DNA of 63,770 bases, the filler included. It is 5 parts of 5 records of this genome, joined end to end, with 100 filler letters (N's around TTAATTAATTAA, not from the genome) between each part and the next. Parts side by side here need not be neighbours in the genome. Positions count along the whole stretch, not along the records: positions 1 to 13,657 come from SRR20825019_752; positions 13,758 to 28,570 come from SRR20825019_765; 3 more parts are not named here. The stretch is one strand, 5' to 3'. The notes below the pieces were generated by a model. It made no database searches. It was given only the letters and a program-made list of their open reading frames with translations, and was not told the origin of the DNA. Each line of letters starts with the position of its first letter. Within the stretch, counting starts at the first letter, position 1. Positions 9,865 through 19,807 of the stretch are shown here, one piece after another. Position numbers and translations under genes: made by a program.

Positions 9865-11022
9865 ATGATGGATTTCAACTTTCTCGCCACCCCCAGCATC
9901 GTCTGCCAGAGCGGCGGCCTCGCCCAGCTTGGCAGCCTGACCAAAGGTCTGTCAGTCACCCGCGCCTTCGTGATCACCGACCCCGGCATCGTCGCCTGCG
10001 GTTTTGCCGGTGAGGCGGTCGCGGCACTCAACGGCGCAGGCATCGCTGCCGAGATCTTTGATAAAGTGCAGGCCGACCCACCCATCGCGGTTGTCGAGGC
10101 CGCAGTTGAGGCCGCGACTAGCTTCGGCGCCGACGGCGTCATCGGTCTGGGCGGCGGCAGTTCGCTCGATACCGCAAAGGTCGTGGCGGTCGCCGTGGCC
10201 AGCGGCCAGCCGATTGCCGACATGATCGGCGTGGACCGCGTGAGGGGCCAGCGCCTGCCACTGATCCAGGTGCCGACCACCGCCGGAACCGGGTCCGAGG
10301 TGACCTGGGTTTCGGTGCTGACATCGGAGAGCCACGAGAAGAAGGCGGTCTATGCGCCGCAGCTTCTGCCCGACATCGCCCTTCTGGATGCCAAGCTCAC
10401 GCTCGGGATGCCACGTTCGATCACTGCGGCCACCGCACTGGATGCGATGGTGCATGCGATCGAGGCCGCAACCAGCCGCACCCGCAAGAACCCTATTTCC
10501 GACGGTCTGGCCGACAAGGCGCTGGTCCTTCTGGGCCAGAACCTGCCCCGCGTGCTGGATACCCCGACGGACCTTGAGGCGCGCGAAGCGATGTTGCTGG
10601 GCGCCACTCTGGCCGGGATGGCCTTCATCAACGCCAGCGTCGGCGCGATCCACGCGCTGTCCTATCCCCTTGGCACCGGTTTCCACGTTCCGCACGGCCA
10701 TGCCAACGCGCTGGTGGCAGGCCCGGTCCTGCGCTTCAACCTGCCCGTCGCCGAGGCGGAATACGCCCGCCTGTCGCGTCTCCTTTTGCCTGCCCGCCAT
10801 TTCAACTCCGACGCGGCGGCGGCCCTTGCCCTGATCGAGGAAATGGAGCGGATGCTGAAGGCCAGCGGCCTCAAGGCCCGCCTGTCCGAGGTTGGTGTGA
10901 CCGAGGCCGCCATTCCCGGCATGGCAAACGAGGTCGTGACCGGTATCAGCCGGCTGCTGGCCACCAACCCGCGCGACATGACGGCCGACGACGTGGCCTC
11001 CCTTTACCGCGAGGTGTTGTGA
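9865..11022 (+). CDS. Iron-containing alcohol dehydrogenase (candidate 6-hydroxyhexanoate dehydrogenase)
   Basis: GGGSSLD, PTTAGTGSE, DAMVHAIE, HALSYPL, HVPHG metal-ligand motifs. Confidence 0.9.
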   Translation: MMDFNFLATPSIVCQSGGLAQLGSLTKGLSVTRAFVITDPGIVACGFAGEAVAALNGAGIAAEIFDKVQADPPIAVVEAAVEAATSFGADGVIGLGGGSSLDTAKVVAVAVASGQPIADMIGVDRVRGQRLPLIQVPTTAGTGSEVTWVSVLTSESHEKKAVYAPQLLPDIALLDAKLTLGMPRSITAATALDAMVHAIEAATSRTRKNPISDGLADKALVLLGQNLPRVLDTPTDLEAREAMLLGATLAGMAFINASVGAIHALSYPLGTGFHVPHGHANALVAGPVLRFNLPVAEAEYARLSRLLLPARHFNSDAAAALALIEEMERMLKASGLKARLSEVGVTEAAIPGMANEVVTGISRLLATNPRDMTADDVASLYREVL

Positions 11023-12224
11023 TGCCCGGCGCGCTTGACGGAATCCGCGTCCTTGACCTCAGCCGCGTGCTGGGCGGCCCCTATTGCACCCAGACGCTGG
11101 CCGACCATGGCGCCGAGATCATCAAGGTCGAGCCTCCGCAAGGGGACGAGACGCGCGGCTGGGGCCCGCCCTTCAACGACGGGCTTTCCGCCTATTTTTC
11201 CGGCGCCAACCGCAACAAGCGCTCCATCGCCATCGACATCGGCAAGCCCGAGGGGCGCGACGTGATCCTGCGCCTGCTCGAAGGCGCCGACGTCCTGGTC
11301 CACAACTTCAAGTCCGGTGCTTTGGAAAAATGGGGTCTCGGCTATGATGCGGTGCTCAAGAACCGTTTTCCCCGCCTGATCCTTTGTCACGTCACCGGCT
11401 TTGGTGCCGATGGCCCGTTGGGCGGCTTCCCCGGCTATGACGCCGTGGTGCAGGCGATGACCGGCCTGATGAGCATCAACGGAAACCCGGCCAATGGCCC
11501 GACGCGGATGGGCACGCCCATCGTGGATATCGGCACAGGACTCATCGCCTGCAATGCGGTGCTGGCGGCTATCATCGAACGGTTCCGCTCTGGGCTGGGC
11601 CAAGCAATCGAAGTGCCACTTTACGACTGCGCCATCAGCATGATGCACCCGCAAGCTGCAAACAGCCTCATGTCGGGAAAGGTCCCGGTTGCCACCGGCA
11701 ACGGGCACCCCAACATCGTGCCCTATGACATGTTCGAAACCCGAACCGGCAAGTTATACCTCGCCGTTGGCAACAACGGCCAGTTCGCCAAGCTCTGCGA
11801 GGTGCTAGGCCTGTCCGACGTCCCGCAAGACCCCCGCTTTGCCGACAACGCTGCCCGGCTGGCCCACCGCGCCGAAATCACGGAAATCCTGTCTGCGCGC
11901 CTTGCGGAGAGCGACGCCCGGGCGCTTGAACCCGCGCTGCTGCGCGCAGGTGTCCCGGCAGGCGTGGTGCGCAACGTGATCGACGCGCTTGACCACCCGC
12001 ATACCCGCCATCGCGGCATGGTGGTGTCGGTCGGCAGCTACAAGGGCACTGGCGTTCCGGCACGTCTGTCGCGGACACCAGGCGAAGTCCGCGCCGCCCC
12101 GCCCCGGTTCGCACAGCATAGCCGTGTCCTGCTCAAGGAGGCGGGTTTTTCGGAACAGCAGATCGACGATCTGACGCAGTCGGGCGTCGTTCTTGAGGAA
12201 CGGACGGACACGGTTCAGAGATGA
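11019..12224 (+). CDS. Family III CoA transferase (CaiB/BaiF)
   Basis: LDGIRVLDLSRVLGGP, GAEIIKVEPP.GD, NRNKRSI, PGYD. Confidence 0.92.
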   Translation: MMPGALDGIRVLDLSRVLGGPYCTQTLADHGAEIIKVEPPQGDETRGWGPPFNDGLSAYFSGANRNKRSIAIDIGKPEGRDVILRLLEGADVLVHNFKSGALEKWGLGYDAVLKNRFPRLILCHVTGFGADGPLGGFPGYDAVVQAMTGLMSINGNPANGPTRMGTPIVDIGTGLIACNAVLAAIIERFRSGLGQAIEVPLYDCAISMMHPQAANSLMSGKVPVATGNGHPNIVPYDMFETRTGKLYLAVGNNGQFAKLCEVLGLSDVPQDPRFADNAARLAHRAEITEILSARLAESDARALEPALLRAGVPAGVVRNVIDALDHPHTRHRGMVVSVGSYKGTGVPARLSRTPGEVRAAPPRFAQHSRVLLKEAGFSEQQIDDLTQSGVVLEERTDTVQR

Positions 12225-12277
12225 CGCGCAAAGCCGGGCCGCCAACTCGGCCCGACCGCCAATAAAGGGGGAGCCAG

Positions 12278-13159
12278 ATGCAGAAAGCACTCGTGACGCC
12301 AGACCGGATTCCTGAGTGGATTCCCGGCACAATCACGATGGACAGTTCCGGCCGGGACTGGAAGGGCATCACGATGAAAGGCTACCACTACGATCGCCAG
12401 GACGCGGCCATCCCCGCGATGCGCGATTACATGATCGTAGCCTACGACGGAAATCCGACGACCATGCTGCGAACAAGTGGCGGATCAAGGCAAAGCGCGC
12501 CCGTTGGCAGGGGCAGGATCTCGCTTTTGACGCGGGCCGAGCAATCCACGTGGTGCTGGGCAGAACCGATCAAGGTTCGGCATATCTACATCGGTCATGA
12601 CTGCCTTGAGGACACGGCACAGACCGTGTTTGGCCGCAGTCCGCAATCCGTCGAGATACAAGATCAGGTTTCGGCCGAGGATCCGGTTCTGCTAAACTGC
12701 TTCCACATGCTTGAAAACGAACTGCGCAACGGTGGCATGGGGCAGCGCCTGATGATTGACGCGCTGCGCAACCAGATCGCGGTGCATATGCTGCGACGCT
12801 ATGCCCGGATCCGGCTTGCCGATGAAAGCGGCTCCGCCTTCAGCCCGACTCAACGCAAACGCATCATAGACCTCATCGAAGACCAGCTCAGCGAAAACAT
12901 CAGCCTTGACGATCTCGCCGCTGCCGTCGGCCTCAGCCCGTTTCACTTTTCCCGCCAGTTCAAGGCCGACTTCGGGATCGCCCCATACGCCTTTGTAATC
13001 CAGAAACGTGTCAGCAAGGCACAGGAGATGCTCCGACGCGGGCGCCTTCCACTTAAGTCGGTCGCGCTGGACTGCGGTTTCTCCGACCAAAGCCACCTTT
13101 GCCGTACATTTCGCAAGATAGTAGGTGTGACGCCAGCCCAGTACCAGAACAGAGCATGA
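12278..13159 (+). CDS. chnR: AraC-family activator (ChnR-like)
   Basis: C-terminal double HTH: LAAAVGLSPFHFSRQFK...VALDCGFSDQSHLCRTFRKIVGVTP. The ChnR assignment is from cluster context. Confidence 0.75.
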   Translation: MQKALVTPDRIPEWIPGTITMDSSGRDWKGITMKGYHYDRQDAAIPAMRDYMIVAYDGNPTTMLRTSGGSRQSAPVGRGRISLLTRAEQSTWCWAEPIKVRHIYIGHDCLEDTAQTVFGRSPQSVEIQDQVSAEDPVLLNCFHMLENELRNGGMGQRLMIDALRNQIAVHMLRRYARIRLADESGSAFSPTQRKRIIDLIEDQLSENISLDDLAAAVGLSPFHFSRQFKADFGIAPYAFVIQKRVSKAQEMLRRGRLPLKSVALDCGFSDQSHLCRTFRKIVGVTPAQYQNRA

Positions 13160-13255
13160 CTTTCGCCGCGAGTATCATTTGCAGGTCTTGACCTTCTGCG
13201 AGCACAAACGATGGCGGACCTCTGTTGGGCTCTGACTTGCCCCCTCCACCAAGTC

Positions 13256-13452
13256 AGGACCAATTGATCATTCGCTCGCTGCGTCACTCGGACTCCGTGA
13301 GGAGACTGACCGATAAGCAACCTTTTCTGGCTGACAGACGCACAGATGGCGCGGTTTCAACCTTTCTTTCCAAAAGGCTATGGCAACCCCCGCGCCTTCA
13401 TAAATCGCAATGGTGTGCTCTGGTGTGATACGCGTCGGGAGTATGGCCCAGC
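13256..13452 (+). pseudogene. Degenerate IS5-family transposase remnant
   Basis: After a GAGGAG RBS, the frame from 13313 (ATA in place of ATG) reads SNLFWLTDAQMARFQPFFPKGYGNPRA/FINRNGVLWCDTRREYGP. This resembles the N-terminus of alphaproteobacterial IS5 transposases with an in-frame internal deletion, then degenerates. Confidence 0.7.
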
Positions 13453-13557
13453 ATTTGGATCGATCTGGAGGCACCGGGGATCACGTTTTCCACATAGCCG
13501 CCGTTGGCTGTGATCCGCACGAAGGGCTGCTAAGGGCCGAAAGCGTAGGTCAAGCCT

Positions 13558-13657
13558 TCAACTGATGGCCAGGTCGCTCGCGGTCTTTCCCGCATCCAAA
13601 GCCTTCACGAACCACTGCGGTTTCCGCCCCCGGCCGGACCAGGTGAGCGCCGGGTTC
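13558..13657 (-). CDS. hns: H-NS family nucleoid protein, C-terminal DNA-binding domain (5' truncated)
   Basis: Manual translation gives NPALTWSGRGRKPQWFVKALDAGKTASDLAIS*, containing the TW(S/T)GxGRxP signature. Confidence 0.88.
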
Positions 13658-13757
13658 NNNNNNNNNNNNNNNNNNNNNNNNNNNNNNNNNNNNNNNNNNN
13701 NTTAATTAATTAANNNNNNNNNNNNNNNNNNNNNNNNNNNNNNNNNNNNNNNNNNNN
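13658..13757. other. Artificial contig linker
   Basis: N-run + TTAATTAATTAA (stops in all six frames) + N-run. Composition changes across it. Confidence 0.98.
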
Positions 13758-13830
13758 TGTGATGACCGGTCGCTCCACTACCCGCATTCACCAGGCACCA
13801 GGTGGTAACTCATCCATCCGTTTCGGATAA
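13758..13830 (+). CDS. 3' end of a SPIRAL1-like / PGG-motif microtubule-associated protein (partial)
   Basis: Reads VMTGRSTTRIHQAPGGNSSIRFG*, resembling the SPIRAL1 C-terminal motif (T.VH..PGG.SS...FG). Confidence 0.55.
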
Positions 13831-13866
13831 TTCCTAGAGTTGTAGTTAAACTAACCCTCGATACGT

Positions 13867-15009
13867 CTATTTTTTGTTGAAAATTTTGGAGAAGGGGACA
13901 TAATTCCCTTCAGGGTTGTGTTCCTTCTTTGCGTTATGGTCGTCAATAATAGCAAAAACCACTGTTCTGAATCTTCCCCGAAATGATGGGCTGTGAAGAA
14001 CTTCACGAAACAACTCAGCAATGTGACCCGGGGGGTTCCTGTAAGCTCCACATCCCAGTGCGGAGAGTGTGATGCAATGATGTCCATTATCAAGACACAT
14101 GCTTAGAATTGCCTCGATCTTCTTCATAGTGTGACCAATCGTTTTCCCAGCCAGTTTCCACTGCCCATTTTTCTTCTCCAAATCAGGGTTGGAATAGGCA
14201 GCCACTGACACTACTGCTAGGTACTTGGGCTCCGCAAGGAATGCATACCCAGTATCCTCAGATGATCTTAGCACTAACACATCAGGGGTATACAGCCCTC
14301 CAAACTCAGGGAGAGGGTATGCCCATTCCCGCGATGGCTTTGTCACACCATCTGGGTCCTCAAGGCACATAAAAAGATTGGTCCGCCTATGCAAGTTCTC
14401 CTCTTGGGCTCCGGCTCCAGCCTTGTATCCGCCTCCTGGATTGCGAGCACTAGCCATGTTTAACACTATCGGAATAAATTCATCGGGTGTGTGCTCAAAC
14501 GCGGCGTCAATGCAATCTTGATTGACAGCCATGTATTGAGTCTCATAAGTACCGGGAGCCGGCCACTTGTCCTTCGCATACTCATGTCTCGACGTGTACA
14601 TCTTGGTGGCTAACGCTGCTTGAACCAATCTTTTCTTTTTCAACTGTACCTTAATGAATTTCCTTCCACGGTTACTATCGGGATGGTCCAATTCATCTGC
14701 CGGGTCGAGTGCGACATACGACCCCCGTCTGCATGCCTCCATTGTGGAGTTGATGATTAGTACTCGACATCCCCGTGTATCCCTTCGTTTCTTATATAAA
14801 TCAAACGCAGCTAACCACTTTTCCGGCTCAAAACAGCAATGGGGCCCTCCCAGCCTGGACGATTGGGCGATATCCTTCCTCGACGCTGACAAAGACACAT
14901 ATTTCTCAGCAGGCAGTCCGTGTAACGTCGGCCTATCAATAAGGTTACTATTGAGGGGCGGCGACTCGGATCGGCGTCTCTTTCCTTTCTCCATTGAACT
15001 CATATTCAC
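13867..15009 (-). CDS. Bacterial-type poly(ADP-ribose) glycohydrolase / TIGR02452-DUF2263 macrodomain protein
   Basis: VLNMASARNPGGGYKAGAGAQEENLHRRTNL (GGG-x6-QEE signature) and LSALGCGAYRNPP. No introns. Confidence 0.88.
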   Translation of the reverse strand: MNMSSMEKGKRRRSESPPLNSNLIDRPTLHGLPAEKYVSLSASRKDIAQSSRLGGPHCCFEPEKWLAAFDLYKKRRDTRGCRVLIINSTMEACRRGSYVALDPADELDHPDSNRGRKFIKVQLKKKRLVQAALATKMYTSRHEYAKDKWPAPGTYETQYMAVNQDCIDAAFEHTPDEFIPIVLNMASARNPGGGYKAGAGAQEENLHRRTNLFMCLEDPDGVTKPSREWAYPLPEFGGLYTPDVLVLRSSEDTGYAFLAEPKYLAVVSVAAYSNPDLEKKNGQWKLAGKTIGHTMKKIEAILSMCLDNGHHCITLSALGCGAYRNPPGHIAELFREVLHSPSFRGRFRTVVFAIIDDHNAKKEHNPEGNYVPFSKIFNKK

Positions 15010-15084
15010 TTACAGACTCGTTGGACTGATGGAATATCTTTTAGGTAGTTGTCTAGTGCATTAAAACTTGTATATATACAAGCA

Positions 15085-16250
15085 CGTCAGGCCATGCCCG
15101 GCTTCAGAGTGGGCCTGCGGCCCTCGGGTCGCGGGCAGGGTGCAGCCCCGGGCCCTCACCGACCGGGTCCAGTGTAGGGCGTGGTATCGTCGGCCACTCG
15201 TGCCAGCGGTGTCACAGTCCGGTGCCGGAGTCCGCCGGGTCCGGCCAGCCCGGTCCCGCCGGCCCACCTCCGGGCGGCTCGGTCGGCAGCAGGCCTCCGG
15301 GATGGCGCGGTCCTCACTCACGGCGCCCCGTCACCGGCTCCGCGGGGCTCGCCCGGACTCCCGATGCGGGCGGCGCCGGGCGGCCGGGGGACCGCACAAT
15401 GACCCTGGGTGCGCACTGACGCGCCGCCGGCCCGGGCGTCCGATCCGCTGCCGGCCGGGCGCCGCGCCCTGGGGCGGACCCCGCCGCCGGGCGGCGGGGC
15501 CCTGCTGGCCGTGCCGGGCCGGTGACCGGAACTTTCCCGGTGCCCGCCCCAGCGCCTCGTACTCACAAGAGGCCGCAGCGCCATGATGCGGGTGCCTGCG
15601 ATGCCCCCAGGCACGGCCCCGGCATCACCCGGCGGTACCGAGATAGAACGACGGCGAGGTTTGCACTCTCAAATTTAGAGTCCCGGATTTAAAGTTTCCC
15701 TCGAGCGGGCCGCCCGTTACTCGCCGTGCCCCACACTCAGCACTGCATGCCGGCGCCCCCCCGCCCGGCGCCCGACGCGGCGCCCGGCCCCCCGCCGACA
15801 GTTGGCGACACGGGTGGCGGGCCGCCCGCGGCAACGACCGTGTGCTGGCGCGGTAGCGGGGACGGGAGCAGCGGCTGGTGAGCAGCGCCCGGCGGGCCGG
15901 CCGGGCCGCGGGGCCGGGCCCAAATCGGGGAAGCCGGACCAGCACGAGCCGGGCCGTCGTGCGCCGGAAACTCGGCGACTGCGCGGCGCCGGGCGCCCGG
16001 CCGGCCCGGGCGCCGGCCCGGCACGCCGCCTGGCCAGTGGTGGCGCCGCCCGGGGGTCGTCGCGCCCGGCCCCATCGTGATCCGTTGTGGCCGGCCCCCC
16101 TCAGGCTGATAGGCAGCAGTGACATGCCGGTGCTGCTGGCTGTCAACTTGAACTCAACGGGCCCGCCGCCGCGTTACAGTCCCCGGGGCGGACCCCCCCG
16201 GCACGGGGGCGGGCCCCGCCAGGGCCCCGCCGGCCGAGAGTCGCGACCAA
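15085..16250. promoter_or_regulatory. GC-rich island between divergent eukaryotic genes
   Basis: Very GC-rich low-complexity sequence (CCGG/GGCC-dense) with interspersed CAGT/ACTG/GTGAC words. Its ORFs are Arg/Pro/Gly/Ala-rich and non-protein-like. Confidence 0.5.
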
Positions 16251-16583
16251 TGTGAATTCTCTCCTCTGGCTGTCAGTGAGTGCCATGCCGGTGACCAAAG
16301 ACGGAAGTCGAGAGATGCAGTTGAGTCTACAGCAGTCTCCTGAGGAACTGAAACCAGTGTCCGGCGGCATGTTATTTTCGGCATAGCCATATTCTCTTTT
16401 GAGTCTGCAGCCATCCTATCCGAGCACGCCAGTTACTGTGCAGGATAGAACTTTTGTCGAGTTAAACGCCTCGGGTCTAATGCCGGGACACGGTCTCCAT
16501 TCATGCTTACGAAACTGGGCCTAGTGCGAGTACATATATCCGGTGGAAAATAGAGAAGAAATAGTGATAGGAGTTGTGCGGAA

Positions 16584-17770
16584 ATGCCGGATGGTTTCGG
16601 TTTTCAGCCGCCGAAAGAGCAGATTCCCGCCAAACCGGTATTCTTCATAGACGCACTTCAAGAGGAAGTCAACGATGGAAACGAGATAAGTGAAGCCGCC
16701 CTCATCAGAAGGCAGCCCCGGGCTGTACGTGTGTTTAGATGGCTTGTTGTCATCGACACGGTATGTATACCTCGAGATGAAGGCCATAGTGGTTTTGACG
16801 TTGTGACAGGTTTTGTGCCTCCTATCTGTGATATTCTGGTTAGGCATCCTGAGAATGAGCATGGTTGCTTGCATCCTATTACACATTCTTCTTCTGATCA
16901 CCTGGTCGCGACCTCCTCGTTGGCTGTTGATGCTTGTAAGTCCAAAGAGAAATGGTTTGTGCTTCCAAGTCATAACACATTCCAGCATGTGTTCGCGAAT
17001 GGTTTTGTGTGCGTGGGCTTGTTGGTAACATGGGCTTTCCTAATATGGCCTTTATCTCTGTCATGCCTATCAAGCAGTGAGTAGCGTAAACCTTTTCGGG
17101 ATTTGGAAAGCTAATCAAGCGCTTGGGGATAACAGGCTGCAGTGATGGAAATATTGCATGGGGTTCCTTAGTTCTTGCACGATTTTTGTGGGACCTGCTT
17201 CTTTTCCTCTGGATGATCATTATGGTTGGCAATGCATACCTGGCGTGGCACTCGAGGAGAAGTTTCAAGTCAGAAGAAGCCATCGATATTTATTTGGAAA
17301 TGGCGAACACTTTCAGCGCAGTGGACTGTGTAGTCGAGTTGTGTTTTTTTGCGTTGTTTGGATGGAGTTTGCAGTGTATGACGATTGTCCACTCTTTGGC
17401 GTCCCTTTTCATCGTAGCACGCTGGAAGCAGCCGTCTAGGAAAGCATATATATTCGTATGTGATATCATGTCGTGATAGGAATGTTTGCTTACTGTTGTG
17501 TAGCACGTGTACATGATGGCATTTGGGATGATCGAGAATGGATTCCGAGCTGTATTGTTCGCAATCGCATTAGCAGTTGGATCTGGGGTGGGAGGGAATA
17601 TGTACACGCACAGTAATACCGGCGTTGTTGCAATTGCTGCAATATTGACCATATTGATGGTGGTGGATGTCTTGCTCTTTTTTTGGCGGGGTGCCGTTCT
17701 AGGGCATTCACTGAGGGCATTCACGGCAATGCAAGGGAAGAAGGAATATGCGCAGGTAGGTGAATCTTGA
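16584..17770 (+). CDS. Uncharacterised multi-pass membrane protein, 5 exons, internally duplicated
   Basis: Four ~50-60 nt GT-AG introns (including 16936-16985 and 17456-17503) join the ORF pieces in frame. About 8 hydrophobic segments. The true start is uncertain. Confidence 0.7.
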
Positions 17771-18010
17771 CCCCTAACATTCCTCTTATCTGATAGAATC
17801 TGGCAGAGCCTTTTCGATTACCTTCGGAACGAGCCAAAAGTCATATGCGGCATTATATCGGGTGTAGTTATGTCGTGGATCCGACCAAATCGGTCTGGGA
17901 AGCGTGGTCCATCTAATCCGAGTGTTGCACCGGCGTAGGCACACTGACACCTATGCATACCTGTAAACTGCAAGAGTACTCTGAGGTCATTTACACAGAC
18001 TAAGTGGGAA

Positions 18011-18843
18011 TCAGCGCTTGAGCTCCCCTTCCTTTTCTTTGACAACAGTAGCAATCTGTTTGATGTAGTCATCATGTAAGGTCTGGACCTGCTTCTCTAA
18101 TCGTTTCACATCATCTTTGGAAATCCCGTCCTTCGCCGCTTTGATTTCGTCCATTCCAGCCTTTCGAACACGCCGGATATTCGCCTTACCCTACGTAGTA
18201 GCAATGTTAGGACACTAACCTCATGATTATCAGGCATTTATACCGCTTCACTGTGCTCAGCCACTTTCTTCAACAAGGCGTCCTTTTGCTGCTTGGTGGC
18301 CCTAGAGTTGACCCATTAGTTGAGGAGGTGATAGCTTGTAGGGCGCATACTTAGGAACAGGAACGCGAACAACGTGGCCTTCGACTGTGGGGTTCAAATT
18401 CAGACCAGCCTGCTGAATAGCGCTTGTAACTGCGCCTGTCATCTGTAGGGAAACGCCAACACAACTTGAGCATATTATGACAATCATAAGAGAATCCATA
18501 TTACCCCTGGATCGAAAGCCTTAACGCTGAGTAGTTGCGGTGAGCTAGCGACAATCTGGGCAACCTTCGAGAGCGCGACCTCCTGGCCTTGGGGAGATTT
18601 GACAACCACACCGTTCAACATGATGGGTGATGCAACACCGGTGCGAACAGAAGCAAGGTTAGACTTCATAGTATCCATAGCCTTGTTCATCATATCTTGC
18701 AAACTACTGAAATTAACATGGGTATTGTCAAGCTTTCCGCCGCCGCCGCCGCCGCCGCCGCCGCCTTTCTTTTTCTTAGCTTGCCTCAGCAGTTGTACAA
18801 CTTGAGCGCCACCGACGCCACGGCCAAAACCCAACCTCAACAT
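18011..18843 (-). CDS. MRRF: Mitochondrial ribosome recycling factor, 4 exons
   Basis: Spliced product contains SVRTGVASP, FDPG, AIQQAGLNLNP, VRVPVPK, KANIRRVRK and EKQVQTLHDDYIKQI. Arg-rich N-terminal targeting peptide and a poly-Gly tract. Confidence 0.9.
18737..18765. repeat. (GCC)n trinucleotide repeat encoding poly-Gly in RRF
   Basis: About 10 GCC units seen directly. Confidence 0.9.
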
Positions 18844-19807
18844 ATTTACTACCCATACCTATTCGAGAGGTACACATAAAGATATAGAGAAAACAAAATT
18901 CAACTAGGCAAAGAACGCGCCACCACCATTCAGCCAATACAATAGCAGAGCCGTTCAGGGCCTTGACGGGAAACGCTGTCACCACAGTGGCTGTTCTGAC
19001 TGTCCGGACGCGCACGGCGCGGCCCGGATAACGCCGCGGCCGGCTGACCCCCACCCCGCCGGGCCCGCCGGGCCGGCCCACCGGACCGCGGGAGGCCCCG
19101 GCGGGAGCAGTGACACGGTCGTGGAGCGGACGGCGCCTGGGCGGGCCCTGCCCGCCCGCGCCGCCTGCCGCGGGGCACGGCCGGGGCCGGTACTTGGAGT
19201 CAGCCTCTGACATAGTTAGTAGTCATAGCTTTGTTGTGGAACCTAGATGGTTAACCTTAATCTCCCAGATTGCATGAGATTGCTGGGGATCTCTCGTACA
19301 GACGGTCCGTGGGGTGGAACTGGGTCCGCACTCCGCAGCGGGTCCACCGGCTGCGTGGGGCTCCTCCGCAGTGAGTGATCCTGAGTGGGTCAGTAGTGAG
19401 TAGCAGAGGGCAGTCCGGCACCATTGGCTGAGGCGCGGCCTCAACTCCACCCCTGTTCCCCAAGAGAACGCTGAATCCGGCTGAATCCCCCTCGACATGT
19501 CACGGTGTGCCGCTGACTTGCGGACTCGGACCTAACTGGTGGAAATTTCATGCGGCGTGGACAGCTAACCGTTCGTCACCCTGGCCGTGTGATGGACTGC
19601 AGACCACTGGAGAATCAGTGACCGCGTATGGCCAACCGCCGCCATGCTGTACACAGCGGAAAGTAACAAAACCCGTCCAGAGGCTAAGAACCCGTCCTTC
19701 CTCCATTGTGCACCTGCCTTTCTTGTGCCACACAGAGAGCTTGCCCCACAGTATATAGACGTGAGGCGAACAGCTGAAGCTATTCCTGTGTGTGGTGCTC
19801 TGCAGTC

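Noticed and set aside
13600..13800. Bacteria-to-eukaryote HGT junction suggested by bacterial genes next to intron-containing genes
   Set aside because: The junction is an artificial N/TTAATTAATTAA linker (also at 28571, 45127 and 57940), so adjacency across linkers has no biological meaning.
15061..16414. Many overlapping Arg/Pro/Gly/Ala-rich ORFs in GC islands (also 32476-33124 and 42992-44378)
   Set aside because: Stop codons are rare at extreme GC and the translations are low-complexity. Treated as non-coding.
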